Below, piece after piece: positions 19,703-30,845 of a DNA stretch of 64,000 bases. Position numbers and translations under genes: made by a program. How positions within the stretch are numbered: position 1 is the first letter of the stretch; the number at the start of each line of letters is the position of its first letter. Origin of the DNA: Candidatus Magasanikiibacteriota bacterium. GTDB taxonomy: Bacteria > Patescibacteriota > Patescibacteriia > Magasanikbacterales > GWA2-37-8. Location of the stretch: NCBI GenBank assembly GCA_963840935.1, contig CAWJAS010000002.1:7333-71332 (forward strand), given 5' to 3'. The notes beneath the pieces are model-generated. The model saw only the letters and a list, made by a program, of their open reading frames with translations, was not told the origin of the DNA and did no database searches.

Positions 19703-21529
19703 CTATTTTTCGTTCAACTTATTTTGAAAATACTGCAAACACTCACTTGAAACATCTTTGAGTAACCCGTTCTTTTCAATCCCATCAAAAGCAATATTGT
19801 CAATTGTTTTTCTTTGGTTCTTTTTGATTGATAACTTTTTATTGACCTCTTTACTGACCTTCTTTTTTACCCACGCAAGGTTGGTATAAAGAGGATTAAA
19901 ATTTCGATCGTGTGTTTTTAAGGATAACTTCTTTAGTATATCAACAGTGATACTTTTTTCTTTTTCATTCAGTAAATTACGAGATGCCTTTCTTTTATCA
20001 ACTGGTTTTATTCGTTTTACCTTTTTCCCAACAGATAATTCCGTGTCTTCAACATTTATCCCAAATTTTTCAAAAAAACTCTTCTTTTCTTCTGGCGAAA
20101 GTTGTTTAACTTGCCCCACCAATTTTTCTATTCCGTGTTCTGGTGATAAAAATTGAGACTCGAAATTTACAACATCATCTCCAACTTCTCGAATTGATAA
20201 CTGTTCTTCTTCAGAATCCCTTTTCTCGCCTGACTTGTTTCCGTCTTTGACAAAACTATCGTCCGTATCTTTTTCTGTAAAAAGTTCCTCCAAAAATTTT
20301 TGATCTTCGTAATCAAACATCTTAAATTCTTGGAAGCGTTTAATTTGGTTTAATCCTATATGAGATACAACATAGCAATGGGAAGTTTCATCGTTTCGTC
20401 TAATAACTCGCCCAAGAAATTGAATGTAAGGATTTAAGCTCTTATATGGTCTAAAAATTGCGGCGACTCCAAGTGGTGGGTGATCAAAACCTTCACCAAG
20501 CATACCGATATGAATAATTACTTCAATTTTTCCATACTTCAAATCATCAAAAACTTTGTCATTCGTTGCCACATCTTGGGCATCCGAGCTTACCAGCCCA
20601 ACTTTCAAACCAAGTTTTTCAAAAGCGGGCTTAACAAATTCTCGCGCGTGGCGTTTGCTAATCGCTGAAGCGATTATTTGATGTTTGGTATTTGGAAACT
20701 CTGCTTTTAGTTCCTCTAATTTTTCTTTAGCTTTTTGAGCAATTGAGCCACAGCAATCTGGAGATAATGCGATACCTCTATTGAACCACGCTTCATCTTT
20801 GAGCTCTAAAATTTGTTCGAGAGAATAAATTTTAGAGCCATCGTCAGTAAAAGATAGTTCTACTTCTTGGGGGGAAACATTGATGATTTTTATATTTCGA
20901 ATTACACCATCCTTAATCGCTTCGTGAAAATGGTATTTATAAATAATATTACCCTCAACCTTTTTGCCGTCTGAACGAAAAGGGGTTGCTGTCAGACCAA
21001 TAATTTTTGACTTATCAAAGAACTTAATTATTTCTTGATAAGTATTTGCCTCTTGATGATGTGCTTCGTCAATGATAATTAAATCAACAGCTTCTTTCTC
21101 GTCCTTAAACCATTTTTCTATATCTTGTAACTGCTGATAATTAGCGATCAAAATTTGATGTTCGGCAATATCGCTTTGGCTAACTGTTCCCTCTAGTCTT
21201 AAAACATAGAGTTCAAGCGTACCCAAAGTATTCGTTTCTATCAAACTAAGTTTTTTATAAATATTTCCTGATGTGTTATTTATAATATCTAAATCTGATT
21301 CGATCTGTTTTGCGAGCTTAACATTTGGTGTCAGCACTAAAACTTTTTTCTTGGCTAGACCAAACGGGGCAATTGCAATAAGAGCACTTTTTCCTGTTCC
21401 AGTTGGTAATTGGACAAGTATGCTCCTTTCCGCTTGTGGCTTTGAAAAATGCTCAAGAATTTTGGAATATGCCTCCCTTTGGCATTTTCGTAGCTCATCA
21501 GTTTTAATTTGTTGCGAAAAATTATCCAT
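19703..21529 (-). CDS. SF2 DEAH-box helicase (ResIII / type III restriction res-subunit-like) with no recognisable nuclease domain
   Basis: motif I LPTGTGKS, motif II IIIDEAHH, motif III GLTATP, motif VI FLGRVIRR; lysine-rich C-terminal tail. Confidence 0.85.
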   Translation of the reverse strand: MDNFSQQIKTDELRKCQREAYSKILEHFSKPQAERSILVQLPTGTGKSALIAIAPFGLAKKKVLVLTPNVKLAKQIESDLDIINNTSGNIYKKLSLIETNTLGTLELYVLRLEGTVSQSDIAEHQILIANYQQLQDIEKWFKDEKEAVDLIIIDEAHHQEANTYQEIIKFFDKSKIIGLTATPFRSDGKKVEGNIIYKYHFHEAIKDGVIRNIKIINVSPQEVELSFTDDGSKIYSLEQILELKDEAWFNRGIALSPDCCGSIAQKAKEKLEELKAEFPNTKHQIIASAISKRHAREFVKPAFEKLGLKVGLVSSDAQDVATNDKVFDDLKYGKIEVIIHIGMLGEGFDHPPLGVAAIFRPYKSLNPYIQFLGRVIRRNDETSHCYVVSHIGLNQIKRFQEFKMFDYEDQKFLEELFTEKDTDDSFVKDGNKSGEKRDSEEEQLSIREVGDDVVNFESQFLSPEHGIEKLVGQVKQLSPEEKKSFFEKFGINVEDTELSVGKKVKRIKPVDKRKASRNLLNEKEKSITVDILKKLSLKTHDRNFNPLYTNLAWVKKKVSKEVNKKLSIKKNQRKTIDNIAFDGIEKNGLLKDVSSECLQYFQNKLNEK

Positions 21530-21533
21530 AACT

Positions 21534-21734
21534 TTATTTAAATAATTCCGCCGTCGGTACGCCGAGGGCTTTGGCTATTTTTTCTAATGTGTCCACAGTA
21601 GGATTCGGATTTTCGCCTGTTTCTATCTTAACAACAGTATTTAACGCTAAATCAGCGTCTTTCGAGAGGCGATCTTGCGAGATTCCTTTCTTGATTCGCA
21701 ATTTGCGAATATTTTCACTTACTGAATTTGCCAT
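21534..21734 (-). CDS. XRE-family HTH transcriptional regulator (controller-protein-like)
   Basis: IRKLRIKKGISQDRLSKDADLALNTVVKIETGENPNPTVDTLEKIAKALGV; first gene of the operon. Confidence 0.8.
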   Translation of the reverse strand: MANSVSENIRKLRIKKGISQDRLSKDADLALNTVVKIETGENPNPTVDTLEKIAKALGVPTAELFK

Positions 21735-21764
21735 ATTGTTTTGACTTTGATAAACTATTATAAT

Positions 21765-21792
21765 ATACTACTTATATTGAGTGTATATCAAA
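21765..21792 (-). promoter_or_regulatory. candidate promoter of the XRE-helicase-MTase operon (TTGATA-16-TAGTAT on minus strand)
   Basis: minus strand TTGATAtacactcaatataagTAGTAT upstream of the XRE gene. Confidence 0.3.
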
Positions 21793-21891
21793 TTGCTTAA
21801 TACAATGGTATCAAAAATATTAAAATTTGGCAAACAAAAAGGGAGTTCCTTAAACTTTTCCGCGCACGGGTGGTGGGGCAAGGAAAAGAAA

Positions 21892-22294
21892 TTGTCCGCC
21901 GAAAAATCCGTCCGTCCGAAAAGTTTTGGGGGCGAAGCCCAAGCAGGCGGGCAAAAAGGAAGGGGGTTGGGGGGAAGGAATTTTTGCCCGCCTGCTTCCG
22001 TTCCCGTTCCGTTTGAGCAAAGGAAAAGCGGAAGGGGGGTTTGGGGGGAATTCCGCTTTTCCTTTGCGAAATCAAATTGAGGCCAGCCCCGCCACCTGCC
22101 TGAATACTTGGAAGGCAGAACACCGCAGAAAAATACTCTTTTCATTAAAAGAAGAAAAAATCGGGCGCGCGCAAAATGAAAAGAGCAAAGAGTATTTTTC
22201 TGTGGTGTGGCGAGCTTGTCGAGCAGTGGCGGGGCTGGCTTCCTTATTGGGGGTTTTGCTCAAAAAAAGTTCGAACATCAATCAAAAAACACCG
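21892..22294. repeat. repeat R1, copy B (inverted relative to copy A)
   Basis: the reverse complement matches 17123-17524 with a few substitutions and one indel. Confidence 0.85.
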
Positions 22295-22425
22295 CCAATT
22301 TTCACTTTTTGTGAAATCGTAAGAAGCTGCCTCGGCGCAAAGCGCCTCGGCATGGTATTTTTCCGCTATTTTGAAGGCATTTTTGAAATCCAAAACCAAA
22401 GTGCGGTCGGCAATGCGGAAGTTCG
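22292..22425. repeat. repeat R2, copy A: inverted duplicate of the recombinase 3' end plus tRNA-Ser terminal CCGCCA
   Basis: 22292-22425 equals the reverse complement of 23910-24043 (~95%), including ccgcca that matches the tRNA 3' end; abuts R1 copy B. Confidence 0.85.
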
Positions 22426-22539
22426 CAGAGCGAAGCACTGGCAAAATGAAATTTTGCAAACCAATCTTTTTTCTTTCGCTTTCAGCGAAAGGTTGAGCGT
22501 ATTTTTCTTTGATTGCCCAAAAACTAATTTCAAAACAAT

Positions 22540-24133
<1,594 letters not shown>

Positions 24134-24154
24134 AAAACAAAAACTATATATTTG

Positions 24155-24163
24155 TGGTATAAT
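24155..24163 (+). promoter_or_regulatory. extended -10 promoter element TGgTATAAT upstream of the membrane protein gene
   Basis: tttGTGGTATAAT 33 nt before ATG 24197; the same TGTGGTATAAT motif precedes the gene starting at 35774. Confidence 0.4.
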
Positions 24164-24196
24164 TATAGCATAAATTATTGCTTTGTCAATCAGAAT

Positions 24197-25756
24197 ATGC
24201 CTCAAAAAATCGCAAAAATAGCTTTGATTATTCTTGGTTTTGTTATCGCTTTTTATTATGTATCCGCCACTTTTGACGGGGATTTTGGCTGGCATTTGCG
24301 ATTCGGCGAACAAGCGATGTCCGGTTCTTTCCCTTATTTGGATACCCAAACCTTCACTCACTTTAGTCAGCCGTGGACAAATCACGAATGGGGCGGGGAT
24401 ATCCTTTTTTGGACCCTGTACTCGGGAATCGGGTATTTTGCTATTGTGGCCGTCGTCGCCTTAATTATTTGGCTTTCTTTTCTTTTGGTAATAAAAACTT
24501 ATTGGAAAAGAATTTCCATTACTTCTCTGCTTGTCGCCATTGCCGGACTTTTATCTGTTAAATTTTTATTTTCACCGCGACTGACTTTGCTCTCGGTAAT
24601 TTTTTTCGTTCTTGTTTGGTACGCGATGAAAAATTTTACCAAAAAATTTTGGTACTTGCTACCCCCAGTTTTATGGCTATGGTCGACTGTCCACGGCAGT
24701 TGGGTTCTGGGTTTTATTGTCATAAATATCTATTTATTCGGATCGCTCTTTGCCGGGATTCTTCATAAACATGCGCCAAAATTAGCCGGCAGAGAAACAA
24801 ACTGGACAAAAAAAGAATATTTTTCGGCGATTTTCGCTCAAATATTTTCGCTCGGACTTATCGCCATAAATCCATATGGCTTGCAAATTTACGGCGAAAT
24901 ATCAAAATATCTTGAACCGTCATTTTTTAAACAAGTAATTAATGAATGGCTCCCGAGTTTTGTTTATCCGGTCTATGCCGGACCGCTTATTGTTATCGCC
25001 ATAACTTCGGTATTTGTAATAATCGGCTACATGAAAAAGAAAATTTCCCTGCCGGAATTGCTATTGTTTTTTGCCATGTCATATTCAGCATGGCAATACA
25101 AACGCTGTTCAATTTATGCCGTTCTGGTTTGTCTGCCTGTTCTTATTTTTATTGCGAATATTGTCAAACAAAAAATATTGTCGCTCGATATTTTTCAAAG
25201 ATATTTAAAAGCATTTGGAATAAAAATATTTATCATCTCTATCTTTTGCGCTGTTATTTTTTTGGTTAATATTCCTTCTTCAAATGATATCTGGAATAAT
25301 CGCCGGTTTATTTTGCGTCAAGGATTCCCCTATGACACAGCTAAATTCTTGAATGATGAAATCGGGGAAAATACCGTTGATTTATTCAATGAATTTCGAT
25401 GGGGTGGATATTTCAATTGGACGGTACCAAACGCCCGTTTGTTTTTGGATGGTCGCGGTACCGCCACTTGGACCGATGAATACGGCAATAATCTTCTCGA
25501 ATTATACAGAGAAATTAAATACGAAGAAGGTGGAATAGAAAAACTCGAAAACACCAGCGCAAAATATGCGCTCATTGCCAAAAATTCCGATAATTATCCA
25601 AAGCCGAATTTTATCAATCAACTGATTTTTGACCAAAGAAATTTTAATCAAATTTTTTCCGGAAAACCGTCGCAAATAGAAATTGAGCTTGAAAAAAGTG
25701 AGCAGTGGGAATTGATTTATGAAGACGCGCTTGCTCGCGTTTGGAAAAAATTATAA
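24197..25756 (+). CDS. polytopic integral membrane protein (>=10 TM; possible GT-C-type glycosyltransferase), hypothetical
   Basis: multiple hydrophobic helices; start moved to ATG 24197 because 24152 lies inside the -10 box. Confidence 0.6.
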   Translation: MPQKIAKIALIILGFVIAFYYVSATFDGDFGWHLRFGEQAMSGSFPYLDTQTFTHFSQPWTNHEWGGDILFWTLYSGIGYFAIVAVVALIIWLSFLLVIKTYWKRISITSLLVAIAGLLSVKFLFSPRLTLLSVIFFVLVWYAMKNFTKKFWYLLPPVLWLWSTVHGSWVLGFIVINIYLFGSLFAGILHKHAPKLAGRETNWTKKEYFSAIFAQIFSLGLIAINPYGLQIYGEISKYLEPSFFKQVINEWLPSFVYPVYAGPLIVIAITSVFVIIGYMKKKISLPELLLFFAMSYSAWQYKRCSIYAVLVCLPVLIFIANIVKQKILSLDIFQRYLKAFGIKIFIISIFCAVIFLVNIPSSNDIWNNRRFILRQGFPYDTAKFLNDEIGENTVDLFNEFRWGGYFNWTVPNARLFLDGRGTATWTDEYGNNLLELYREIKYEEGGIEKLENTSAKYALIAKNSDNYPKPNFINQLIFDQRNFNQIFSGKPSQIEIELEKSEQWELIYEDALARVWKKL

Positions 25757-25764
25757 AAAAAGGC

Positions 25765-25790
25765 CCGGGTAAATTCCCGGGCCAAACGGC
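25765..25790 (-). terminator. hairpin terminator (ggcccgggtaaattcccgggcc) for the minus-strand lipoprotein gene
   Basis: perfect 8-bp stem followed by a T run on the minus strand. Confidence 0.5.
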
Positions 25791-25800
25791 GTGAAAAGAG

Positions 25801-26328
25801 CTACGGCAGGAAAAATGATTCGGCGAGGCAGTCCGGCTCACCGTCGTTTTTGAGACAGCAAGCTACGACCGCCGGGTATTCGACGGGGCAAGTCGTGGGG
25901 CTTGAGGTGCAGGGCGGAGTTTCGTCAACTCCGTTCCAGGTGACCGGCGACCAATAGGCACAACCGCTTCCGGAAAAACCGGAACAGCTTCCTTCGTGGT
26001 CCCAGCAAAACAAAATCTGATTGTCTCCGGGTACCGGCACGTCATAGCATTCGTGTGTCTCCAAACCGCAAACCTGATTCGGTTCGCAGTCATCGACCGA
26101 GTAACAAGAGGTGTCGGTGTCGGTGCCTGCATCTGATTCTGAATCGGTCTGGGAATCGGTGTCCGAATCCGTGTCTGAGTCGGTATCGGCGTCGGTGTCG
26201 GAATCCGTGTCAGAATCCGTATCCGCGTCGGTGTCGGCATCCGTGTCGCTACCCGGAAAAAACGGCGACGGACCAGAATCGCACCCGAGAACCGCAAGAA
26301 AACCGAGCAAAACCCCCAAAACCTTCAT
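25801..26328 (-). CDS. secreted lipoprotein with (D-T/S)n acidic dipeptide repeats and Cys-rich C-terminal domain; GC-rich gene
   Basis: MKVLGVLLGFLAVLGC lipobox; SDTDADTDADTDSDTDSDTDADTDSDTDSDTDS; strong SD (AAGGAGG) before ATG 26328; ~58% GC. Confidence 0.75.
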   Translation of the reverse strand: MKVLGVLLGFLAVLGCDSGPSPFFPGSDTDADTDADTDSDTDSDTDADTDSDTDSDTDSQTDSESDAGTDTDTSCYSVDDCEPNQVCGLETHECYDVPVPGDNQILFCWDHEGSCSGFSGSGCAYWSPVTWNGVDETPPCTSSPTTCPVEYPAVVACCLKNDGEPDCLAESFFLP

Positions 26329-26424
26329 GTTTGCCTCCTTTTTCAAAGCCGAGCTGTTGTTGTAAAGAACGCTTGTTCGCGACTTTATACTATACCTCAA
26401 AAACGCATAATTGTCAACGCAAAT

Positions 26425-27135
26425 CTATACTGTCCGGGCCAAAGTAATTGCCCAGATTTTTTTTGCTCCATTTTGCTTTAACACTTTGGCACATTCGAAT
26501 AAAGTCGCGCCGGTAGTAAAAACATCATCAACCAAAAAAATATTTTCCGATGGTTTATCGTCACGCCAATCAAACGCGCCGAATACATTTTCGGCGCGTT
26601 CCAATTTATTTAATTTTGCTTGTTGGGCGGTGGCCCTTTGTCTTATTAATCTATTTTTTAAAACAAAATTTTTATTTCCAATTTCAAGCGACAATTTATC
26701 AACAATAATTTTTGCAATAAGTTCCGATTGGTTATACCCGCGTTCTCTTTCTCGTTTTTTGTGAAGCGGGACGGGAATAACCGACCATTCACCGTTTTCT
26801 CGCGATAATTTAATTATATCTAAAAAATTTTTTTTAATAATTTTTTGCCACAACGATAAAATATCCCGAGTATAATTATATTTAAAATCAGCAATCAATT
26901 TTGCCAAGACCGATTCTTCTTTGTATACAAAAAATGAAAATGATCCATCAAGCGGACATAAATTTTTGCAGACAAGACACGTTTCACCGTTATTTGGCAA
27001 TCCGCAGGAAGGGCATTTTTTTATCGGTTCCAATTGTTCTCGCGCTAAACAATCCGGGCAAAGCCAATCCCCTTCCCGCCCGCATTTTAAACAAAAAATC
27101 GGAAACAATAAATCTTTTATGTATTTAACAAGCAT
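26425..27135 (-). CDS. comFC: ComF family protein (ComFC-like phosphoribosyltransferase-fold competence protein)
   Basis: N-terminal Cys cluster CLKCGREGDWLCPDC...CPSCG...CLVCK; C-terminal PRTase motif IFLVDDVFTTGATL. Confidence 0.85.
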   Translation of the reverse strand: MLVKYIKDLLFPIFCLKCGREGDWLCPDCLAREQLEPIKKCPSCGLPNNGETCLVCKNLCPLDGSFSFFVYKEESVLAKLIADFKYNYTRDILSLWQKIIKKNFLDIIKLSRENGEWSVIPVPLHKKRERERGYNQSELIAKIIVDKLSLEIGNKNFVLKNRLIRQRATAQQAKLNKLERAENVFGAFDWRDDKPSENIFLVDDVFTTGATLFECAKVLKQNGAKKIWAITLARTV

Positions 27136-27196
27136 ATCATAAAGACGCTCATATGAGCGTCTTTTTATTTATAAAAATCTCGCAAACATTATTCTA

Positions 27197-27811
27197 TTAT
27201 TCAAAACTGTCAACAAGCCAAACATCGTTCGTTTTTACGAGTCTGACGGATGTTTTTTCACTTGTTTTTTCCGTGCTTGACCCTCTGGTAACGGTTCGCT
27301 GAACAGACATTTCAACCTTTGCGTTATCTGCAGAAAATTCAACCACATTTATAGCAACAACATTTGTAGTCACGCCAATAAAAGCCGCCGACGGCGGAGT
27401 ACCAATATGCTGGCTAATATCTTGCCACAGAGACATTGTAACAATCGACTGAACGGCGTAAATATTTTCACTGTTATTGTCGGTTGAATAAGTTCCGTAT
27501 CTTTCAATAAATATTTTGGCGGTTTGCTTGGCTGAGTTTTTCATCATTTCTTCGGTTGTCGGCGGTTTAACAGTGGCGCCCGGTGGGATTACCGTCGACG
27601 GTGTCATTATTTGAGACGGAAAATTTGTTTCATCAATTATATTTTCGTTTATCGGCGTCTCTTCGGCTACCGGTTCGCCCGACTTTTTTTTGAAAACAAT
27701 CAAGGAGATGCTAATGGCAAGAATAATAAAAACAGCCAAACTGATAATAATGAATATACGAGCTCGAAGTGTTATCATAATTTTTTTAATCAGCCGGCGC
27801 GACTGGCGCAC
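27197..27811 (-). CDS. hypothetical membrane-anchored protein
   Basis: N-terminal TM helix, no recognisable domain. Confidence 0.5.
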   Translation of the reverse strand: MRQSRRLIKKIMITLRARIFIIISLAVFIILAISISLIVFKKKSGEPVAEETPINENIIDETNFPSQIMTPSTVIPPGATVKPPTTEEMMKNSAKQTAKIFIERYGTYSTDNNSENIYAVQSIVTMSLWQDISQHIGTPPSAAFIGVTTNVVAINVVEFSADNAKVEMSVQRTVTRGSSTEKTSEKTSVRLVKTNDVWLVDSFE

Positions 27812-27820
27812 GGGTCGAAA

Positions 27821-29689
27821 TTATTTATTTGATTCGTCAAATTCTTTTTTGGCTTTTTCAATCGCCAGTAACTGCTCTGGATTGGTGGTAACAATCTGGT
27901 CCTCGGTATATGAAGCGACCACTTTTATGGCGGCATGTTTCAATCCGGCAAAAAATATTCCCTCGCCCACTCCGGACTCCAACAACAAATATTTTTCACT
28001 GTCGGTCAAAACAAAAATTTTCTGAATCAAGTCAATTGAAGCCGGAGATTGCCGCAATAATAATTGCAAAGCGGAATTTGTGACAATCGCCTGACCGTAC
28101 TGCGAACGCAAAAAGTCATTCACATCCTGAGTAATAGTCGTTACGCCCAAATAATATTTTCGGCATCTTTTGACAAGAGAAAAAATAAATCTGGCAGAAT
28201 CTTCATGCATCATCAACCACCAAGCTTCATCAATAACCAAAACTCTTTTCTTGCGTTCCGAACGAACGACATTCCAAATATAATTGACGATTGAATAAAT
28301 GGCAATCGGTCGCAATTCTTCTTCCAAATCGCGAACCGAGTAAATAACCAACTGATTATTCATGTCCACATTTGTTGGAGAATTAAAAAGTCCGGAAAAT
28401 GTGCCCTCGGTATATTTTTGCAGTTTCAAAACCAGCTCTTCACTGCCTTGCATTCCCTCCAAAATTTCTTGCAAATCCTGCACAATCGGCGGTTTAACCG
28501 TGGTTAAATCGGCATCGGGCGTAATATCTTTTTTGGCGTATGTTTCAATGAGCGCTCGGTCAATAATAGCGTCTTGTTCAACCGAAAGACCGCCAAGCAT
28601 GATGCGCAAAAGTCCTTTCATGGTAATAACCGCTCCCCTGATAACGTCTTCAGTGGATATTTCCATTCCAACCGGACGGGGCAAATCAAACGGATTAATT
28701 TTTGCCTCTGACGAAAGAGAAATATTTATATATGTTCCGCCGACCGCGTCGCTCAAATGTTTGTATTCCATTTCCGGGTCAATTACTATCACATCCACGC
28801 CCATCATCATGGTCCGCAAAATCTCCAATTTTATGGCATAACTTTTACCGGCACCCGAGGTGGCAAAAACAACCATATTGGCGTTTTGCAAAGAAAATCT
28901 ATCAAACAAAATCAAACTGTTATTGTGACGATTAATGCCGTAAAGAATTCCGTTGTCAGAGGTAAGCTCGGCCGAAATAAATGGAAACGAAGCGGCAATC
29001 GGCGAGCTGTTCATGTTGAAAGAAATGTACAGTTCATCGTTCCCCAAAGGCAAAGTGGAATTAAAACCCTGTTCGGCCTGATACAAAACCTTGCGAGTAA
29101 TAATTAATTTTCCGCCAAAAATATTTTCTATATCTTCGCTTACTTGATCCAATTTTTCTTTGTCTTTGGCGTAAACGGTGATGTAAAAACAAAATTGAAA
29201 AAAATGTTCCGTTCCTTGGGTGAGATTATCGCGCAGTTGTTCAATGTCGCGCAAGGCGGTTTCACGAATCGGGTCTCGCGGAGCGCCCTTCTCTGTGTCG
29301 GCGTTAATTTGCGCTTCCAACGCGCCCACCTTATTTTTGAGTTGTTTGAGTATTACGGCTGACTTAACCGGATAAAAAAACATGGAAATATCCATGGTGG
29401 TGGATAAATTAATCACCGGAGAAGCCCAACCGATGGAAATATATCGAGGATATGCCGTGACAAAAAGTGTCCGGCAAAAAACATCACCCAATTGAACAAA
29501 ACTCGACTCCACTCGAAAAGCGGACGGAGCGATTATGTCTCTTATGGTAACTACGCCTTCGCGATATATTTTTTCTTCTTCAAGAGTAACCAGTTCCTCG
29601 CCTGTCTTTCTTTGAATTTCAGAAGTCTCCGTTTTTAGACGGCTTGGCTCTTTAGTAATTTCTTTTGAAATTGTAGGTTTAAAAGCCAT
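27821..29689 (-). CDS. VirB4/TrbE-family type IV secretion ATPase (C-terminal ATPase portion)
   Basis: Walker A VFATSGAGKSY; Walker B RVLVIDEAWWLM (DEAW typical of VirB4). Confidence 0.8.
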   Translation of the reverse strand: MAFKPTISKEITKEPSRLKTETSEIQRKTGEELVTLEEEKIYREGVVTIRDIIAPSAFRVESSFVQLGDVFCRTLFVTAYPRYISIGWASPVINLSTTMDISMFFYPVKSAVILKQLKNKVGALEAQINADTEKGAPRDPIRETALRDIEQLRDNLTQGTEHFFQFCFYITVYAKDKEKLDQVSEDIENIFGGKLIITRKVLYQAEQGFNSTLPLGNDELYISFNMNSSPIAASFPFISAELTSDNGILYGINRHNNSLILFDRFSLQNANMVVFATSGAGKSYAIKLEILRTMMMGVDVIVIDPEMEYKHLSDAVGGTYINISLSSEAKINPFDLPRPVGMEISTEDVIRGAVITMKGLLRIMLGGLSVEQDAIIDRALIETYAKKDITPDADLTTVKPPIVQDLQEILEGMQGSEELVLKLQKYTEGTFSGLFNSPTNVDMNNQLVIYSVRDLEEELRPIAIYSIVNYIWNVVRSERKKRVLVIDEAWWLMMHEDSARFIFSLVKRCRKYYLGVTTITQDVNDFLRSQYGQAIVTNSALQLLLRQSPASIDLIQKIFVLTDSEKYLLLESGVGEGIFFAGLKHAAIKVVASYTEDQIVTTNPEQLLAIEKAKKEFDESNK

Positions 29690-29692
29690 ATT

Positions 29693-30379
29693 TTACGCGT
29701 CTTCTAAATTAAAATCCCCCAAAGGAGCAAGCGGTTCCGATAAAGCGATGTCGGGATTAAAAGTTGAATAAAACAATTCTATTAATGATTGTGTGTCAAG
29801 CCGAACCACCTCAAGCCCCATTCCGGTCAATCCAGACTCAACTTGGCGAACGCGCATATCCAAGTCATATTTTCGTTTAAAAAATCTTTCGTCTTTTAAT
29901 TTAATGGTTATGGCCGGATTAAAAACCTCGGAAGCTCTGGACCAAAAACCCTTTTTCTTATTAGTCAACGGGTCATATGGCACAATAACATAAAATTGCT
30001 TGCTCATAATTTTTCCCAAATCAACCAACTCGGAAACAAATGAACGATAATCGGCGATTTGCATGCGCAAAAGTTCATTGGGCTGTTCCCGTTCTTTTTT
30101 GGCCAAATTTTCCAAATATGGGCGAACATTTAACTGGCGTGATTGAATAACAATCTGCAAAGGATGGTCCAAGCTATTCAAAAAAGAAACATAGGAATTA
30201 ATTATCGCCTGCTGTTCATCGTCGTTTTTGAGCGCAAAATTGATGCTTGATACCATCAAGACCGACCTCAAAGTGCCGTCTTTCATCACAATAGTGTCAT
30301 TACGAACTTCGGAGATAGTTAAATTTTTTTGCGCCGACGGCTTATTCGCTCTGGATTGTACGGCTGATTTATTTTTCAT
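29693..30379 (-). CDS. VirB4-like N-terminal domain protein (split T4SS ATPase), hypothetical
   Basis: stop is 3 nt before the VirB4 ATPase start; N-terminal region pattern DGTLRSVLMVSSINFAL...QIVIQSRQLNV resembles VirB4 N-terminal domains. Confidence 0.45.
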   Translation of the reverse strand: MKNKSAVQSRANKPSAQKNLTISEVRNDTIVMKDGTLRSVLMVSSINFALKNDDEQQAIINSYVSFLNSLDHPLQIVIQSRQLNVRPYLENLAKKEREQPNELLRMQIADYRSFVSELVDLGKIMSKQFYVIVPYDPLTNKKKGFWSRASEVFNPAITIKLKDERFFKRKYDLDMRVRQVESGLTGMGLEVVRLDTQSLIELFYSTFNPDIALSEPLAPLGDFNLEDA

Positions 30380-30401
30380 AATTTACCATCTTGAAAATTA
30401 A

Positions 30402-30839
30402 TTATTCTTCCGCTTGATAATAACCGCCGGTATTAACTGTGAGCGACAGATCGCGGATACGGCTGTATGAATACCTTTTGATTGCTACGGCTTTTTCAGG
30501 CACAATCACTCTTCCTTCCCCGCGCAATCTTTTTATGTCTTCCGTGGTATATAATTTGTTCCAAATTCGAAGCGATGGACGACGCAGAGTTTGGATGATA
30601 TTAAGCAAAAAATAATGGAAGGCTTGGCCGTTTATTTTTACAAAAGCGACTACCAATGAGCCACCACCGATAACAATCAACAAAACAACAAACAAGGCGA
30701 AGTCCGCCAATTTGAAAGCGGCAAAAAGTGTTAAACCGGCGGCCAAAAGAATCACAAATTGACGGGCGGTTACCGGCCCAAATATTTTGTCTTCAACATC
30801 GATAAATTGCGGAACAACAAATTGTGATTCAACCGGCAT
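30402..30839 (-). CDS. PrgI-family (VirB3-like) small membrane protein
   Basis: VPQFIDVEDKIFGPVTARQFVILLAAGLTLFAAF plus two TM helices. Confidence 0.5.
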   Translation of the reverse strand: MPVESQFVVPQFIDVEDKIFGPVTARQFVILLAAGLTLFAAFKLADFALFVVLLIVIGGGSLVVAFVKINGQAFHYFLLNIIQTLRRPSLRIWNKLYTTEDIKRLRGEGRVIVPEKAVAIKRYSYSRIRDLSLTVNTGGYYQAEE

Positions 30840-30845
30840 AAAAAA

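Noticed and set aside
22244-22459. 71-aa minus-strand ORF resembling the recombinase C-terminus
   Set aside because: It is the inverted duplicate (repeat R2 copy A) of the recombinase 3' end, truncated, without its own start context; a repeat fragment, not a gene.
25863-26447. ORFs 25863..26297(-), 26055..26447(+), 26111..26365(+) and 36040..36476 both strands
   Set aside because: Alternative-frame and antisense readings of the (GAC ACC GAC TCG)n repeat DNA of the DTDS lipoprotein genes; the lipoprotein frames have signal peptides and RBS, these do not.
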